Shown: positions 47,762 through 57,556 of the stretch, piece after piece
How the letters are laid out: every line of letters begins with the position of its first letter
Position numbering within the stretch: the stretch's first letter is position 1
IMG/VR virus record: IMGVR_UViG_3300007513_001761
Coordinates: 1-64,000 of that record
Source: a virus
DNA length: 64,000 nucleotides
Strand: one strand, 5' to 3'
Translations under genes and position numbers: made by a program
Notes under the pieces: model-generated
The model's input: only the letters and a program-made list of their open reading frames with translations
What the model was told of the DNA's origin: nothing
Database searches by the model: none

Positions 47762-48546
47762 TGAAATCTCCTTTTCCAGACAGCCGGCGCTTTCTTCCAG
47801 TTGTCTAATCTTATCTTTGGTTGAACGTGCATTATCCAGTGAGGATCACGGAAGCGTTTCTGCAATAACGGTTCATCATGCTGATGTTGACATTCAAAAA
47901 TTGGCATGTGGTCGCCGGTACCTCCGGGCATATGATCACAAGCGAAAAGGGGAATTTGAGCCATTTCTACTTTTGCTCCAACGTATTGAGCCCGGATGGC
48001 CATATCGGCATGCGATGCCCAGGTTCCCTCGTAGCTACAATCCCAACCACCCAAAGAATTAAAAAAATCTGCATACATAAACGCAATATTAAATAACCAC
48101 CACTCTTCGGGGACATGTGGCGAGCCTGCTGGTGTGTTACATATTTTAAAGTATGCGTCTGGTTGAAGGGTTTGTCTTTCATTGCTTCCTTTTTGACCCT
48201 CATAATATTTTGCCACTAAAACGTTATTTTGTGCAGTCCCCATATCATAAAATTCGTCCATGCACTGATCCAGCGAGTTCTCAAAGAATAAACAATCATC
48301 CGCGAGCCATGTATAAACTTTACCCTCACACAAAGACGCAGCGATATTCGATGCTCTCACGGGAGAGCCGTAATCTTTCACATATTTGACATGTTTCAAA
48401 TCCTTCAGGGCATCCGGCAGCGGATTAGGACCGCAAATTATCAATTCAAAACTACGCTTTGTAGAAGTAAGAATTGATTCATAAAGCTTTTCAAGTCTTT
48501 CTGTCCGAATACTGGGGAGAATAAGAGAAATCTCTGGCTGGCTCAT
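47758..48546 (-). CDS. GT2-like glycosyltransferase (paralogue family A)
   Basis: ISLILP, WLADD, LGGWD, HADMAIR, DNW...WKRRF. Confidence 0.7.
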   Translation of the reverse strand: MSQPEISLILPSIRTERLEKLYESILTSTKRSFELIICGPNPLPDALKDLKHVKYVKDYGSPVRASNIAASLCEGKVYTWLADDCLFFENSLDQCMDEFYDMGTAQNNVLVAKYYEGQKGSNERQTLQPDAYFKICNTPAGSPHVPEEWWLFNIAFMYADFFNSLGGWDCSYEGTWASHADMAIRAQYVGAKVEMAQIPLFACDHMPGGTGDHMPIFECQHQHDEPLLQKRFRDPHWIMHVQPKIRLDNWKKAPAVWKRRFQ

Positions 48547-49556
48547 TCTTTACCTCGCATGTATTCAATCACTTCTCGCACAGATTCTTCCAAAGACACT
48601 TCAGCTTCAAAGCCCAAAAGCTCTTTGGCTTTTGTTGTGTTAGGGATGCGCTTTTGAACGTCATATTGGCATGCTTCATCCGAAACCGTCGAGAATTCCA
48701 AATCTGGGTTTAGGATACTCCACACAAGTTGCGATAGCTCAAGCACAGAGGTGGCCAGAGGGGTGGAAATATTGAAATCGTTGTTGTGTGCGTCTTCACT
48801 TTCTAGAGCCATTCTGATGCCTCTGGCGATGTCTTTACCGTTTGTGTAACATCGGACTTGTTCTCCCGAACCTAAAATATGCAGAGGGTTCTGTCCTTTC
48901 ATAATCTTGTTGATGATATCTGGAAGAACGTGACTCATCATTAGCTTGATATTGCCAGATTTAACCTCGTGTTCTCCGATGGCGTCTTCTTCGCCAACAC
49001 CCACGCAGTTAAAGGGGCGGATGATCGTGTAGGGAAGGTCGTACTGTTCCAAGGCTCCCTTGCAGAAGTATTCAACAGCCAACTTCTGGAACCCGTAAGT
49101 GCTCAGTGGCGGCGCACAAGTTTTAATTTCGCTTTCTGGCGTTGGGTAAACGGCAGTATTCTCGAAAACCATGCTGCTAGACAGCACAATAATGCGCTCT
49201 AAAGCCTGAGTTTGGTGAAGTTTAATAGCCAAGTCAAAAGTTGACGCCAGAATGCGCTCGTTTGTGGCCAACAAATCGTAAGCATATTTATGGAAATATG
49301 TGATACCACCGATCATAGCTGCGCCGGCAACAATGTATTGAATATCTTGAAGTACTTCTGGAACATTATTCGGATCAAAGTCAATCACATCCATCTCAAT
49401 CAGATGAAAGTTTGGATGAGTATCGTGAGGGCGTGTGATTGGCCCATACTTTGAGAAGTTGTCAACCCCAACAACCGTGTATCCTTTATCCAAAAACTCG
49501 GCACACAGGTATGAGCCGATAAAGCCTTGACTTCCTGTGATTAGTATTTTACTCAT
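48543..49556 (-). CDS. NAD-dependent nucleotide-sugar epimerase/dehydratase
   Basis: TGSQGFIG, SSSMV, YGFQK, RPFN..G, GSGEQVR. Confidence 0.9.
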   Translation of the reverse strand: MSKILITGSQGFIGSYLCAEFLDKGYTVVGVDNFSKYGPITRPHDTHPNFHLIEMDVIDFDPNNVPEVLQDIQYIVAGAAMIGGITYFHKYAYDLLATNERILASTFDLAIKLHQTQALERIIVLSSSMVFENTAVYPTPESEIKTCAPPLSTYGFQKLAVEYFCKGALEQYDLPYTIIRPFNCVGVGEEDAIGEHEVKSGNIKLMMSHVLPDIINKIMKGQNPLHILGSGEQVRCYTNGKDIARGIRMALESEDAHNNDFNISTPLATSVLELSQLVWSILNPDLEFSTVSDEACQYDVQKRIPNTTKAKELLGFEAEVSLEESVREVIEYMRGKE

Positions 49557-50377
49557 TAGTTTGGACTCATTGGTTGGCGTGGGATCATATTAATATAAGT
49601 TTTATCACTTCCTTTTCTCTTTGCCCAAATTGGAATCCCTATCGTTTGACAGGGTATTACCACGACTTCTTCACCAAAAGAATCATATACAGCCTGTATT
49701 ACGCCAGGATGGCACCCAGTTTTTTCGTCTAATTGTAAATAATGAGAGTTAATCTGTTCATCAGTAAAAGTGTTGGCCAAGTTTATATCTAAGCAATCAT
49801 GCCCACAAATAATGCCACCTTCTTTTACCTTCGGCAAATATGCTTCAATATCTCTCTTAACACCTTTATAGGTGTGATCCGCATCAATAAAACATAAATC
49901 TAACGAATTATCGCGTATGTGTTTGCTCATTGCAACCGAATCCCCTTTCAATATTTCCACTGTGTCTTCTATGTTGGCCGCTTTCAAATTATGCTGCAGT
50001 CTTTGTTCTGTTAACATCATCTGGTTTTCATCATTATCGTAAGCGTGGCGATCTCCTCCCTTTAAAGTACGCGGCGAATCGTGCCCTTCGTTTCCTTTAA
50101 ACCAATCGATAGCATATATTTTTCCGTTTAAATTTTTTATCGTAGGTGCGTAGTGTAATAATGTTTCTCCACACCAAACACCAACTTCAGCCATCGTAAA
50201 GGTGGGTTTTATTACACTGTGGATCAGCCAAAGCAACGCATCAATAGGTTCATCTTGTATAGCTAATGGCATTACGTGTATACCCCCTTCTTGTACCTCC
50301 AACCAATACGGGATGCCGTTAAGCAAATAAGGTCCATTATTAAGCTTTCGATAATAGCTGAGTTTGTGTTTTTTCAT
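49556..50377 (-). CDS. class I SAM methyltransferase (Methyltransf_24-like)
   Basis: AEVGVWCG, AIDWF, LDLCFIDADHTY..V..DI, GGIICGHD. Confidence 0.85.
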   Translation of the reverse strand: MKKHKLSYYRKLNNGPYLLNGIPYWLEVQEGGIHVMPLAIQDEPIDALLWLIHSVIKPTFTMAEVGVWCGETLLHYAPTIKNLNGKIYAIDWFKGNEGHDSPRTLKGGDRHAYDNDENQMMLTEQRLQHNLKAANIEDTVEILKGDSVAMSKHIRDNSLDLCFIDADHTYKGVKRDIEAYLPKVKEGGIICGHDCLDINLANTFTDEQINSHYLQLDEKTGCHPGVIQAVYDSFGEEVVVIPCQTIGIPIWAKRKGSDKTYINMIPRQPMSPN

Positions 50378-51393
50378 TTTAGCTTTCCTTTGGTATATGG
50401 CAACATTTCAAAATCAGCGGCACGAAAAGTATGAATAATGTCCATTATTTCATCCGTATACCAATCTAATATGTTTTCAGGCATATATTCTTTCCATTTC
50501 GCCCCCAAGTTTAAAATATGCGGCATTTTCATAGATTTGCGCGGTATCTTTTGGTTTACACATAACCGATTATAATCTTCTTCGATGTGTTCTAATCGAA
50601 TAAGATATAATGGTCGCAGGGGATCGCCAACGAACTGATCACCTGGCGAAAGGTAAAAGGCTTGATCCGGCAGACCCCCAAATCGCATGCTCTGCGGATC
50701 GACAGAAGGACGTGGTCCTGGGGTTGGGAGTGTTGGGCAATCCCAAGCATCAGTCACATGTGGATGTGGGGCTCTTCCTGCATGCGCACTGTTTATCATC
50801 CACTGTTCCCATGCTTTTTGTACAAACTCTCGCTTCTTTAAGGCGTCGGCGCGGGCAAAATTGAGATCTTTCAGCTTGTTTTGGAGAGTATGAGAATTTT
50901 GATAAAAAAACCATGAAACTTCTCTGGTGTACGGGTTCCTGCAGCTTCCGTAAAATGTATACTCATCCATCTCCAAAAAGCTTTTATATAGAGAGAAGCG
51001 CGGATCGCCCATAAGCTGCAACCACCAAAACAGAGGTAAATGTTTTATATTTCCCTGTCCAACATCCGGGATCCCGGATGTGACACTAAAAACAGCATCT
51101 GCCCCCCACAGCATGTGTGGGAGACGATAGTCTATTGGGATATCGTTCGCTATAGCCCACTCAACCCCTCCATCATGTTTCGCTGCGGTGCTGTATACCC
51201 AGGGCGACCACCAGGGGAAATCTTCACCGGGCGGGTAAATAGCTGCAATAGCGCCTTTTCCCAGGCGCGCGTCTTCTTCTTCATATACCACAGAACACTC
51301 TTGACCTGTGTCCGCATGAAGGGCTGTATTAATAGAAGTTCCGCCGGCTTTAGATGTATGAATGTATATAAATCTATATTTATTAGAAATCAT
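50374..51393 (-). CDS. sulfotransferase family protein
   Basis: FIYIHTSKAGGTSI (5'-PSB), RNPYTREVSWF (3'-PB), IRLEHIEED, DFEMLPY. Confidence 0.75.
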   Translation of the reverse strand: MISNKYRFIYIHTSKAGGTSINTALHADTGQECSVVYEEEDARLGKGAIAAIYPPGEDFPWWSPWVYSTAAKHDGGVEWAIANDIPIDYRLPHMLWGADAVFSVTSGIPDVGQGNIKHLPLFWWLQLMGDPRFSLYKSFLEMDEYTFYGSCRNPYTREVSWFFYQNSHTLQNKLKDLNFARADALKKREFVQKAWEQWMINSAHAGRAPHPHVTDAWDCPTLPTPGPRPSVDPQSMRFGGLPDQAFYLSPGDQFVGDPLRPLYLIRLEHIEEDYNRLCVNQKIPRKSMKMPHILNLGAKWKEYMPENILDWYTDEIMDIIHTFRAADFEMLPYTKGKLK

Positions 51394-52175
51394 TTTCGCA
51401 TCCCCTTGAAAACTGTAACTCTATATTTACTGTTTTCATCCAAAAGATCTTCGAAAAAGTCTACTCCAGTATCCGCCATCAACTTGGCCATGGCAGAAAC
51501 ATCTTTGGGCAAACACATTCCCCCAAACCCTCTGAAGTTATCATTACATTCTAGATAATTGCTGTGGATGTGCTTTCGTTTAACGACAGCATTCTTTACA
51601 TTGGTATAGTCAACACCTTGTATTTTGCATGCTTCGTAAAAGCTGTTAGCAAAAATAATCAGCATTGCGTTGTATACGTTGTTGAAATACTTACAGAATT
51701 CTGCCTCGGAGGGCGTCAGGCGCACAAATTCGTCCGGAAAGGAGCCGTGACAATCTTTGAGGATCTTGTAGGTCTTGTCGTCTTCGCAACCTAAAATACA
51801 AACATCGTGATTTTCGGTGAAGTCTGTGATGGCGCACCGCTCACGCAAAAACTCGGGAACGAAGCAAACGTTCAAACCTGTTTCTTCGCGAAGGCGATCT
51901 GTTGTTCCAGGAACGACTGTAGACTTAATGGCTACAATGCCTTCATAACCTTTTGTTTTAAGTTCACCAATGACTTCTTCAACGATTGAAACATCGCAAG
52001 ACCCGTCATTATCGCGTGGTGTTGGTACACAAATGAAAACAGCTTCAGTGTCTAAAACCGCATCGATGGTGGTACCCAAAACAATATCGTGTGCGGACAC
52101 ATTATGGCCCAACAACTCAAATCCAAACTGACAGGCACCACCTACCACGCCGATTCCTACAACTCCAATATTCAT
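51390..52175 (-). CDS. UDP-glucose/GDP-mannose dehydrogenase family (short form)
   Basis: GIGVVG, CVPTP, KSTVVPG, PEFLRE, GFGGMCLPKD; only 261 aa. Confidence 0.85.
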   Translation of the reverse strand: MNIGVVGIGVVGGACQFGFELLGHNVSAHDIVLGTTIDAVLDTEAVFICVPTPRDNDGSCDVSIVEEVIGELKTKGYEGIVAIKSTVVPGTTDRLREETGLNVCFVPEFLRERCAITDFTENHDVCILGCEDDKTYKILKDCHGSFPDEFVRLTPSEAEFCKYFNNVYNAMLIIFANSFYEACKIQGVDYTNVKNAVVKRKHIHSNYLECNDNFRGFGGMCLPKDVSAMAKLMADTGVDFFEDLLDENSKYRVTVFKGMRK

Positions 52176-53002
52176 TCGTATCCAAGCTCCTTGTAACTCT
52201 GCGGCAATTTGCCGTCTTTAAATTCAAACCTTCGTTTCCAAATCGGAGATGATTGTTGCCAGTTGTCTAAATCTATTTGAATGCGCTGGTTGGCAGCGGC
52301 AGGCTGCATATAAATCTCATCAAACTTGGGCTTGTCAGAGAATGTTTGCGCATCGAAGATTGGTGCATGATCCTTTGTCTTGTTAACATAATGATTACAT
52401 GTAGTTGCGTCCGTTTGAGAGTCGAACAAGCGCCCCCCATCAGCCTGAACTCTGAACATCAGATCGTGAAGGGGATGGTTGATGTATTCAAATTGACAGT
52501 CCCAGCCGCCAAGCTCCTTAAAGTAATCCATCATCATAAAGTGATGAAGAGAGATCTTATATTCCTGGGGGATCCCTGGTAATCTCAGTTCGTTGTGGAA
52601 GTGTGCAGTCCAGAATCCCATGGGGAGCGTTTGTCCGCCGTACATCGCGCCTTCTCGATAGCGCATGTTGATTACATCTTTAGTTGTGCAAATATCGCGA
52701 TGAAATCTAACAGCATTGTCGATAGCATCCGGCAAGAAGATCGCATCATCTACGCAGTGATACATATACTCGCCTGTACATTGCAAGGCGCCAATTTGTG
52801 CGGCCCTAGTCGGGGCGCCATAATCCTTAATCAATTTGACATTATCAAAGTGAGTCATTTCTGAAGGTAAATCAAAAGGACTTACCAACACCAATTCCCA
52901 AGTATGCTCTTTGCATGCGTTAAATAAACTGCCATACATCATCAGCCATTGGTGCGTTCGAATTGCCGGCATTAAAACCGATACATCATACTCAAAGCTC
53001 AT
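52172..53002 (-). CDS. GT2-like glycosyltransferase (paralogue family A)
   Basis: VSVLMP, HCVDD, LGGWD, HDLMFR, DNW...WKRRF. Confidence 0.7.
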   Translation of the reverse strand: MSFEYDVSVLMPAIRTHQWLMMYGSLFNACKEHTWELVLVSPFDLPSEMTHFDNVKLIKDYGAPTRAAQIGALQCTGEYMYHCVDDAIFLPDAIDNAVRFHRDICTTKDVINMRYREGAMYGGQTLPMGFWTAHFHNELRLPGIPQEYKISLHHFMMMDYFKELGGWDCQFEYINHPLHDLMFRVQADGGRLFDSQTDATTCNHYVNKTKDHAPIFDAQTFSDKPKFDEIYMQPAAANQRIQIDLDNWQQSSPIWKRRFEFKDGKLPQSYKELGYE

Positions 53003-53963
53003 AGCCTACTCCTCCCATAACTTCATTCCAAAAGGTTGTGGCGTTGAATTTCTTCTTGTAAATTTTGTAACCTTTCTCTACAATATAATTCCTTTCTTTC
53101 TCGTTGTCAAGATAATACTGCATCTTTTCTACCAAATCTTCTTCGTTTTCAAACTCTACATAATGCACGCTTGGTTTCAGGTAGTTTTCGATGGGGCTGT
53201 TTTTCCGCTCTAATAACAACGACTTACTTGCCAGGATCTCCCAGACGCGACCTTTACATTGGTCATAGCCATCGGGACCCTCTGGGAAGTTGAGGCTAAT
53301 CTTGCTTTGTCTCATTAATTGAGCATAGCGCTCGGGGCTTAAGCCTTCTTCGCGTTGACCTCCTCCCACATGAACCTGAACCCCGTTGGTGATAAGGTGA
53401 GTCAAATAACGTTGTCGCTCTGGATATCGAGGAGATCCTAAAAAGCTCACATTAATCGTTTGATGTTCTTTGCTCTCAATTGGATGATACAAGTTTTCGT
53501 CTTGAGGAGCCCAGAGCCACACTAAGTTATCAATCTTGGTGTTAGTGTTGCGCTCGGATCCCCAGCACACATGCAAGTCCGCAAATCCTTTCTCGTTCAG
53601 TTCTTGGATTTCGGGCAATCCCCACCCATCAAAAACATCGGGCCACATAAACACGGTTTTGCATCCCTTTTCGCGGATGTATTCATAGCTTGCTGCTGTA
53701 GGGTTTAAATGGGATTTCCCCAAGAGAGAAAAAATCACCACGGTTGGCTCAACCCGATCAATAAGGGTTGGCATAAATGCGTCAATGTGCTTCTTTTTAA
53801 TGAGAGAATACTCATCCATATGCACAATGTTGAATTCTACATCGGGGTATGTTGTTTTAAACGTTCGAAACAAGTTGTGATAGTTGTTTGTGAGTCCTCG
53901 GGCCGGATTCGCGTCACACCATTTCTCTGTTACAAACAACACTTTTGCGCTATTTTTCTCCAT
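52992..53963 (-). CDS. GT-B glycosyltransferase (CgeB/DUF3880-like C-terminus)
   Basis: VSFLGS, SKISLN, KGRVWEILASKSLLL, YYLDNEKER; start chosen after GGAGA RBS. Confidence 0.75.
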   Translation of the reverse strand: MEKNSAKVLFVTEKWCDANPARGLTNNYHNLFRTFKTTYPDVEFNIVHMDEYSLIKKKHIDAFMPTLIDRVEPTVVIFSLLGKSHLNPTAASYEYIREKGCKTVFMWPDVFDGWGLPEIQELNEKGFADLHVCWGSERNTNTKIDNLVWLWAPQDENLYHPIESKEHQTINVSFLGSPRYPERQRYLTHLITNGVQVHVGGGQREEGLSPERYAQLMRQSKISLNFPEGPDGYDQCKGRVWEILASKSLLLERKNSPIENYLKPSVHYVEFENEEDLVEKMQYYLDNEKERNYIVEKGYKIYKKKFNATTFWNEVMGGVGYEL

Positions 53964-54489
53964 AATAATCTCCATATTCAACCACTAAAGTGCTTTTTCC
54001 GTCAGTTCTATTATATGCCTTATAATATGCTGGGAATATATCCGATGGTTCTTCCAACCGAATCACTTCAATGTTATTTACCATCAATCGCAAACCATCG
54101 GTAAAATCGCCAACATGTTGCGCTTGCGGATGTAGTGGCCTTTCGGATCCAATTCCAGTGCGGATGATAACCTTTGGGATGTATTCCCCATGCGAGAATT
54201 CAGGCATCCTGTCTAAGTGATTGATTAGCTGATTCATTGTGAGCAACAAAAAGTTCCATCTAGGATAAATGCTAATTGGCACCGTACCGGCCACTGCAAG
54301 TCCGTTGGTGATGCCCATCTGCATTTCTTCATCTACGGGCATTTCTAAAAGCTTTTCTCTCGCGACATCCTGGAGCGTGTTAGTCATTGCTGTACCTTTA
54401 TAGGCAACCGCTTGTCCTAAAAACAAGGTATCTGGCTGTTCTCCCAGATAGGTCATGGCTCTCTGCAATTCGTCAAAATACTGTCCCAT
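53950..54489 (-). CDS. TPP-dependent E1 beta / transketolase pyrimidine-binding domain (short)
   Basis: LFLGQAV, EMPVDEEMQMG..GLA..G, NQLINH, PQAQH; no transketolase C-terminal domain. Confidence 0.8.
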   Translation of the reverse strand: MGQYFDELQRAMTYLGEQPDTLFLGQAVAYKGTAMTNTLQDVAREKLLEMPVDEEMQMGITNGLAVAGTVPISIYPRWNFLLLTMNQLINHLDRMPEFSHGEYIPKVIIRTGIGSERPLHPQAQHVGDFTDGLRLMVNNIEVIRLEEPSDIFPAYYKAYNRTDGKSTLVVEYGDYYGEK

Positions 54490-55103
54490 TAAAATTGTAC
54501 CCTCTTTCCTGCACCAGCGTGCGGATATTTATCTAGTTTATAGCTGTAATATGTCACATAGTCGTCATTAACACCTTCATAGGTGAGCTTTTCTTGGTTC
54601 CAGGTTGCGCGGGTGTCAGTACAGACTGATTTACCGTTATCTTCGACAATAAAGTGAATAGGCAATTCATGATTACGAGAGTACTTGATACACTCGTGTG
54701 CAATACCTGTTTCGGATGTCATGTCTCCCATGAAGCAGTATACCTTGTTCGTACCCCCATTGCGCTTGATATCGAGAGCAAGCCCAACTGAAATCGGTAG
54801 CACTCCGGTCACAATGCCCGATGATAACACTCTGTATTCTTTGAAACACAGTGAAATGCTTCGGCCTTGTAGAATTGCAGCCTTAAGCTCCTCTGGCGGG
54901 ACTCCCTTTAATAGGCATTGATAATGACTTCTCCAAGAGCAAAGAACCCAATCTTCGGGTCCTATGTTATGTTTTTGGAATATCTCGATTACCTGTTCTT
55001 CGTTGCCGTTATATAAGTGTACCGGAGCACGGATTTGAGCGTCGTCAAAACATCGCGCAATCTCAGTTTCAAATTCAACCAATTCTTCTTTTGAAAGCAC
55101 CAT
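54489..55103 (-). CDS. TPP-dependent E1 alpha-like subunit (short)
   Basis: PVHLYNGNEE, WRSHY, GDMTSETG...FIVEDN TPP-binding motif. Confidence 0.85.
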   Translation of the reverse strand: MVLSKEELVEFETEIARCFDDAQIRAPVHLYNGNEEQVIEIFQKHNIGPEDWVLCSWRSHYQCLLKGVPPEELKAAILQGRSISLCFKEYRVLSSGIVTGVLPISVGLALDIKRNGGTNKVYCFMGDMTSETGIAHECIKYSRNHELPIHFIVEDNGKSVCTDTRATWNQEKLTYEGVNDDYVTYYSYKLDKYPHAGAGKRVQF

Positions 55104-56611
55104 TAATCTCCTAAAAGTTTTCGTTTGAGCTTAATCTTCGTCATCTTTTCAAGATCGGCTCTTGTGTTCAGCCCGAACTTATCTTCTATCATATTAAGAT
55201 ATCGTTCATTTGTATAGTATTTTAAGAACGCTTCATCCCGAAACTTGAGAACGTCAGCGGCCGAGATGTGTTTCGTTGGAAGTGGTTGTGTTTCATACGA
55301 ATGCTGAGAATATCCCACATATTCTTCTGGCAGTTCCCATCCCTCTTTTAAGGCGTCCAAATAGAGCTTTGAGCCGGGGTATGCCATAGCCGAATAATAG
55401 TTGGCAAATTCACAATTAAGCTCCATAGACAAGTCTAACGTGTCTTGCATGGTATCAACAGTATCTTCTGGAAGTCCAAAAATATAGTTACCGATTACGT
55501 TAATGCCGTGACCTTGAATCTTTTCGACCAAATCTCGGATGTTTACTTCCGTAAATTTTCCCTTAACCACATCCTTGCGAACTACTGTGTTTCCCGACTC
55601 GATGCCCAGGGCCAACCAGTTGATACCAGCGTTCTTGAGGGTTTCAAGGTACTCTTCTTTGACTGTGTCAATACGAGCATATGCCCAAATGTTAAAGTCA
55701 TAATTCCTTTCAATCAACAGATCACACAGCTTCATAAAGTGATCCTTGTACAAGACAAACATCTCGTCAGCTATCTTAACGTTCTTAATACCCATCTGAT
55801 GGAGTAGTTCGAACTCCGAGACGATGAATTCCGGATCCCAAAAACGGAATTTATTGCGACCGTAGTCCCAATTTTCCAGATTATTGTTACCAAAGGGCGC
55901 ATTAATGCAGCAAAAACTGCACTTAAACGGGCATCCTAGGCTGGTGTATAAAGATGCGAATGGGGTCTTGTCATTGTCATTAGACATCGCATGCCAATTG
56001 GAGGTTCTATATCGATCCATTGGCAACAAGTCCCAAGCCATTCCTGGCAATTCACTTGGCAACTCTTCTTGTGTAATTAAAGGCGCGGGTCTTGTGCACA
56101 AAACATGCCCGTCGTCCCGATACCAAAGTCCCGGCACCTTTTTTAGTTGTGTAGGATCATCCATATCCACATTGAGCAATCCGGCGATTGTGAGTGGACC
56201 TTCACCCTGACACACAAAGTCGGTTTCTTCCTCTTCCATCGTTTGGCGAGAAACGGCGGACGGATGAAGTCCTATCATGAGCGTTTTTAAATCGGGGTAC
56301 CTCTGCTTAAGCTCTTGCACCAACAGGCGCGCCCCAATCATATTCTGCGTGGAAGCAGAGGGCTGCTGTCCATAGATCACAATCGCCACCAACTTGGGGC
56401 GATAGTAACCGATCATAGACGCAGATTCGGCAGCATCGATACGTGCAGCCTCACAATCCAAGATTTTGGCAGAATAGCCGTTTTTGCGTGCATTGTTAGC
56501 TAACAACGCAGCCCAAATCGGAGGTTCAATCGCAGAATACTCTTTACTGAGTTTCTGATAAATGATTGGTGCACCGTTGGGATGCACGAATAATACGTCT
56601 AATTGTTTCAT
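55103..56611 (-). CDS. cobalamin-dependent radical SAM enzyme
   Basis: N-terminal B12-binding domain (PPIWAALLA, IGLHPS, GEG), SLGCPFKCSFC CxxxCxxC, LGIESG, YIFGLPEDT, YPGS. Confidence 0.9.
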   Translation of the reverse strand: MKQLDVLFVHPNGAPIIYQKLSKEYSAIEPPIWAALLANNARKNGYSAKILDCEAARIDAAESASMIGYYRPKLVAIVIYGQQPSASTQNMIGARLLVQELKQRYPDLKTLMIGLHPSAVSRQTMEEEETDFVCQGEGPLTIAGLLNVDMDDPTQLKKVPGLWYRDDGHVLCTRPAPLITQEELPSELPGMAWDLLPMDRYRTSNWHAMSNDNDKTPFASLYTSLGCPFKCSFCCINAPFGNNNLENWDYGRNKFRFWDPEFIVSEFELLHQMGIKNVKIADEMFVLYKDHFMKLCDLLIERNYDFNIWAYARIDTVKEEYLETLKNAGINWLALGIESGNTVVRKDVVKGKFTEVNIRDLVEKIQGHGINVIGNYIFGLPEDTVDTMQDTLDLSMELNCEFANYYSAMAYPGSKLYLDALKEGWELPEEYVGYSQHSYETQPLPTKHISAADVLKFRDEAFLKYYTNERYLNMIEDKFGLNTRADLEKMTKIKLKRKLLGD

Positions 56612-56623
56612 TTCTTGCCTAGG

Positions 56624-57556
56624 TTAATAATTTGCATACCAAGGAGATTCAATAATACTGTATGCCTTAATAAGCTGCTGAATGCCATCATCTAAATCAT
56701 ATTGACATTCAAATCCTTTGTCGTAAAACTTCTGACTACTCACAATATAATCACGAGTGTCGGGATCGGAAGTAAATTCTGCCCTCATAATTTCGAGAGG
56801 CAAGTGTTCTTGAATCTTTTCGGCCAACTGAAGCTTGTTCATGTTCAAGCTGTCGTTGCCAACGTTATAGGTTTCGTTCTTACAAGATTCCCAATTGTCG
56901 ATGACGTGCTTAAATGCCAGACATACATCCTGCAAGTGTACGTAATTTCTCATAAATTCGCACTCATATAAAACCAAAATGCGCTCACGCAATGTCTTCA
57001 GAACAAAGCTATTAACCAACAAATCGGTGCGCATGCGAGTACCAGGGCCAAAAACAGTGGCCAGTCTAAATGTAACGTGGTTTTCCACATTCTGGTATTC
57101 TTTTTCAGCTTCTACTTTTGTAATTCCATAGAGTGAAACTGGATTTAATGGAGACTCTTCTGTACAAACAGAACCATCGACGCTAACGCCGTACCCTGAA
57201 TTAGTGCAAGGATAAATTACCAATTGCTCATCAGTTTTGTTCTGAGCAATCCAGGCGTTTACTCCGTGATTGATTTCGACGGCGCTGCGCTTGTCTTTCT
57301 CACATAGCGGAAATCCTACCAGCGCTGCCAGCGGAATAATGATATCCGCTTTCTCTACGTTTTCTTTTAGTGTGGGAATATCTCTCACATCTGCTTTAAT
57401 GAATTCGAAATTAGGATGAATTGTATACCTCAACAATGAAGTAGGATCATACATCAAGTTATCGTATGCCACGACTTTGTGTCCATCATCCAACAAATGC
57501 TGCGTCAGTTCGCTACCAATGTAGCCTGCGCCGCCTGTAATTAAAATATTAGCCAT
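56624..57556 (-). CDS. NAD-dependent nucleotide-sugar epimerase/dehydratase
   Basis: TGGAGYIG, LAALVG, YGITK, RLATVFG..RMRTDL. Confidence 0.9.
   Translation of the reverse strand: MANILITGGAGYIGSELTQHLLDDGHKVVAYDNLMYDPTSLLRYTIHPNFEFIKADVRDIPTLKENVEKADIIIPLAALVGFPLCEKDKRSAVEINHGVNAWIAQNKTDEQLVIYPCTNSGYGVSVDGSVCTEESPLNPVSLYGITKVEAEKEYQNVENHVTFRLATVFGPGTRMRTDLLVNSFVLKTLRERILVLYECEFMRNYVHLQDVCLAFKHVIDNWESCKNETYNVGNDSLNMNKLQLAEKIQEHLPLEIMRAEFTSDPDTRDYIVSSQKFYDKGFECQYDLDDGIQQLIKAYSIIESPWYANY

Noticed and set aside
53950-55103. Pyruvate dehydrogenase as a central-metabolism auxiliary gene
   Set aside because: Both subunits are shortened, there is no E2/E3, and the context is sugar biosynthesis.
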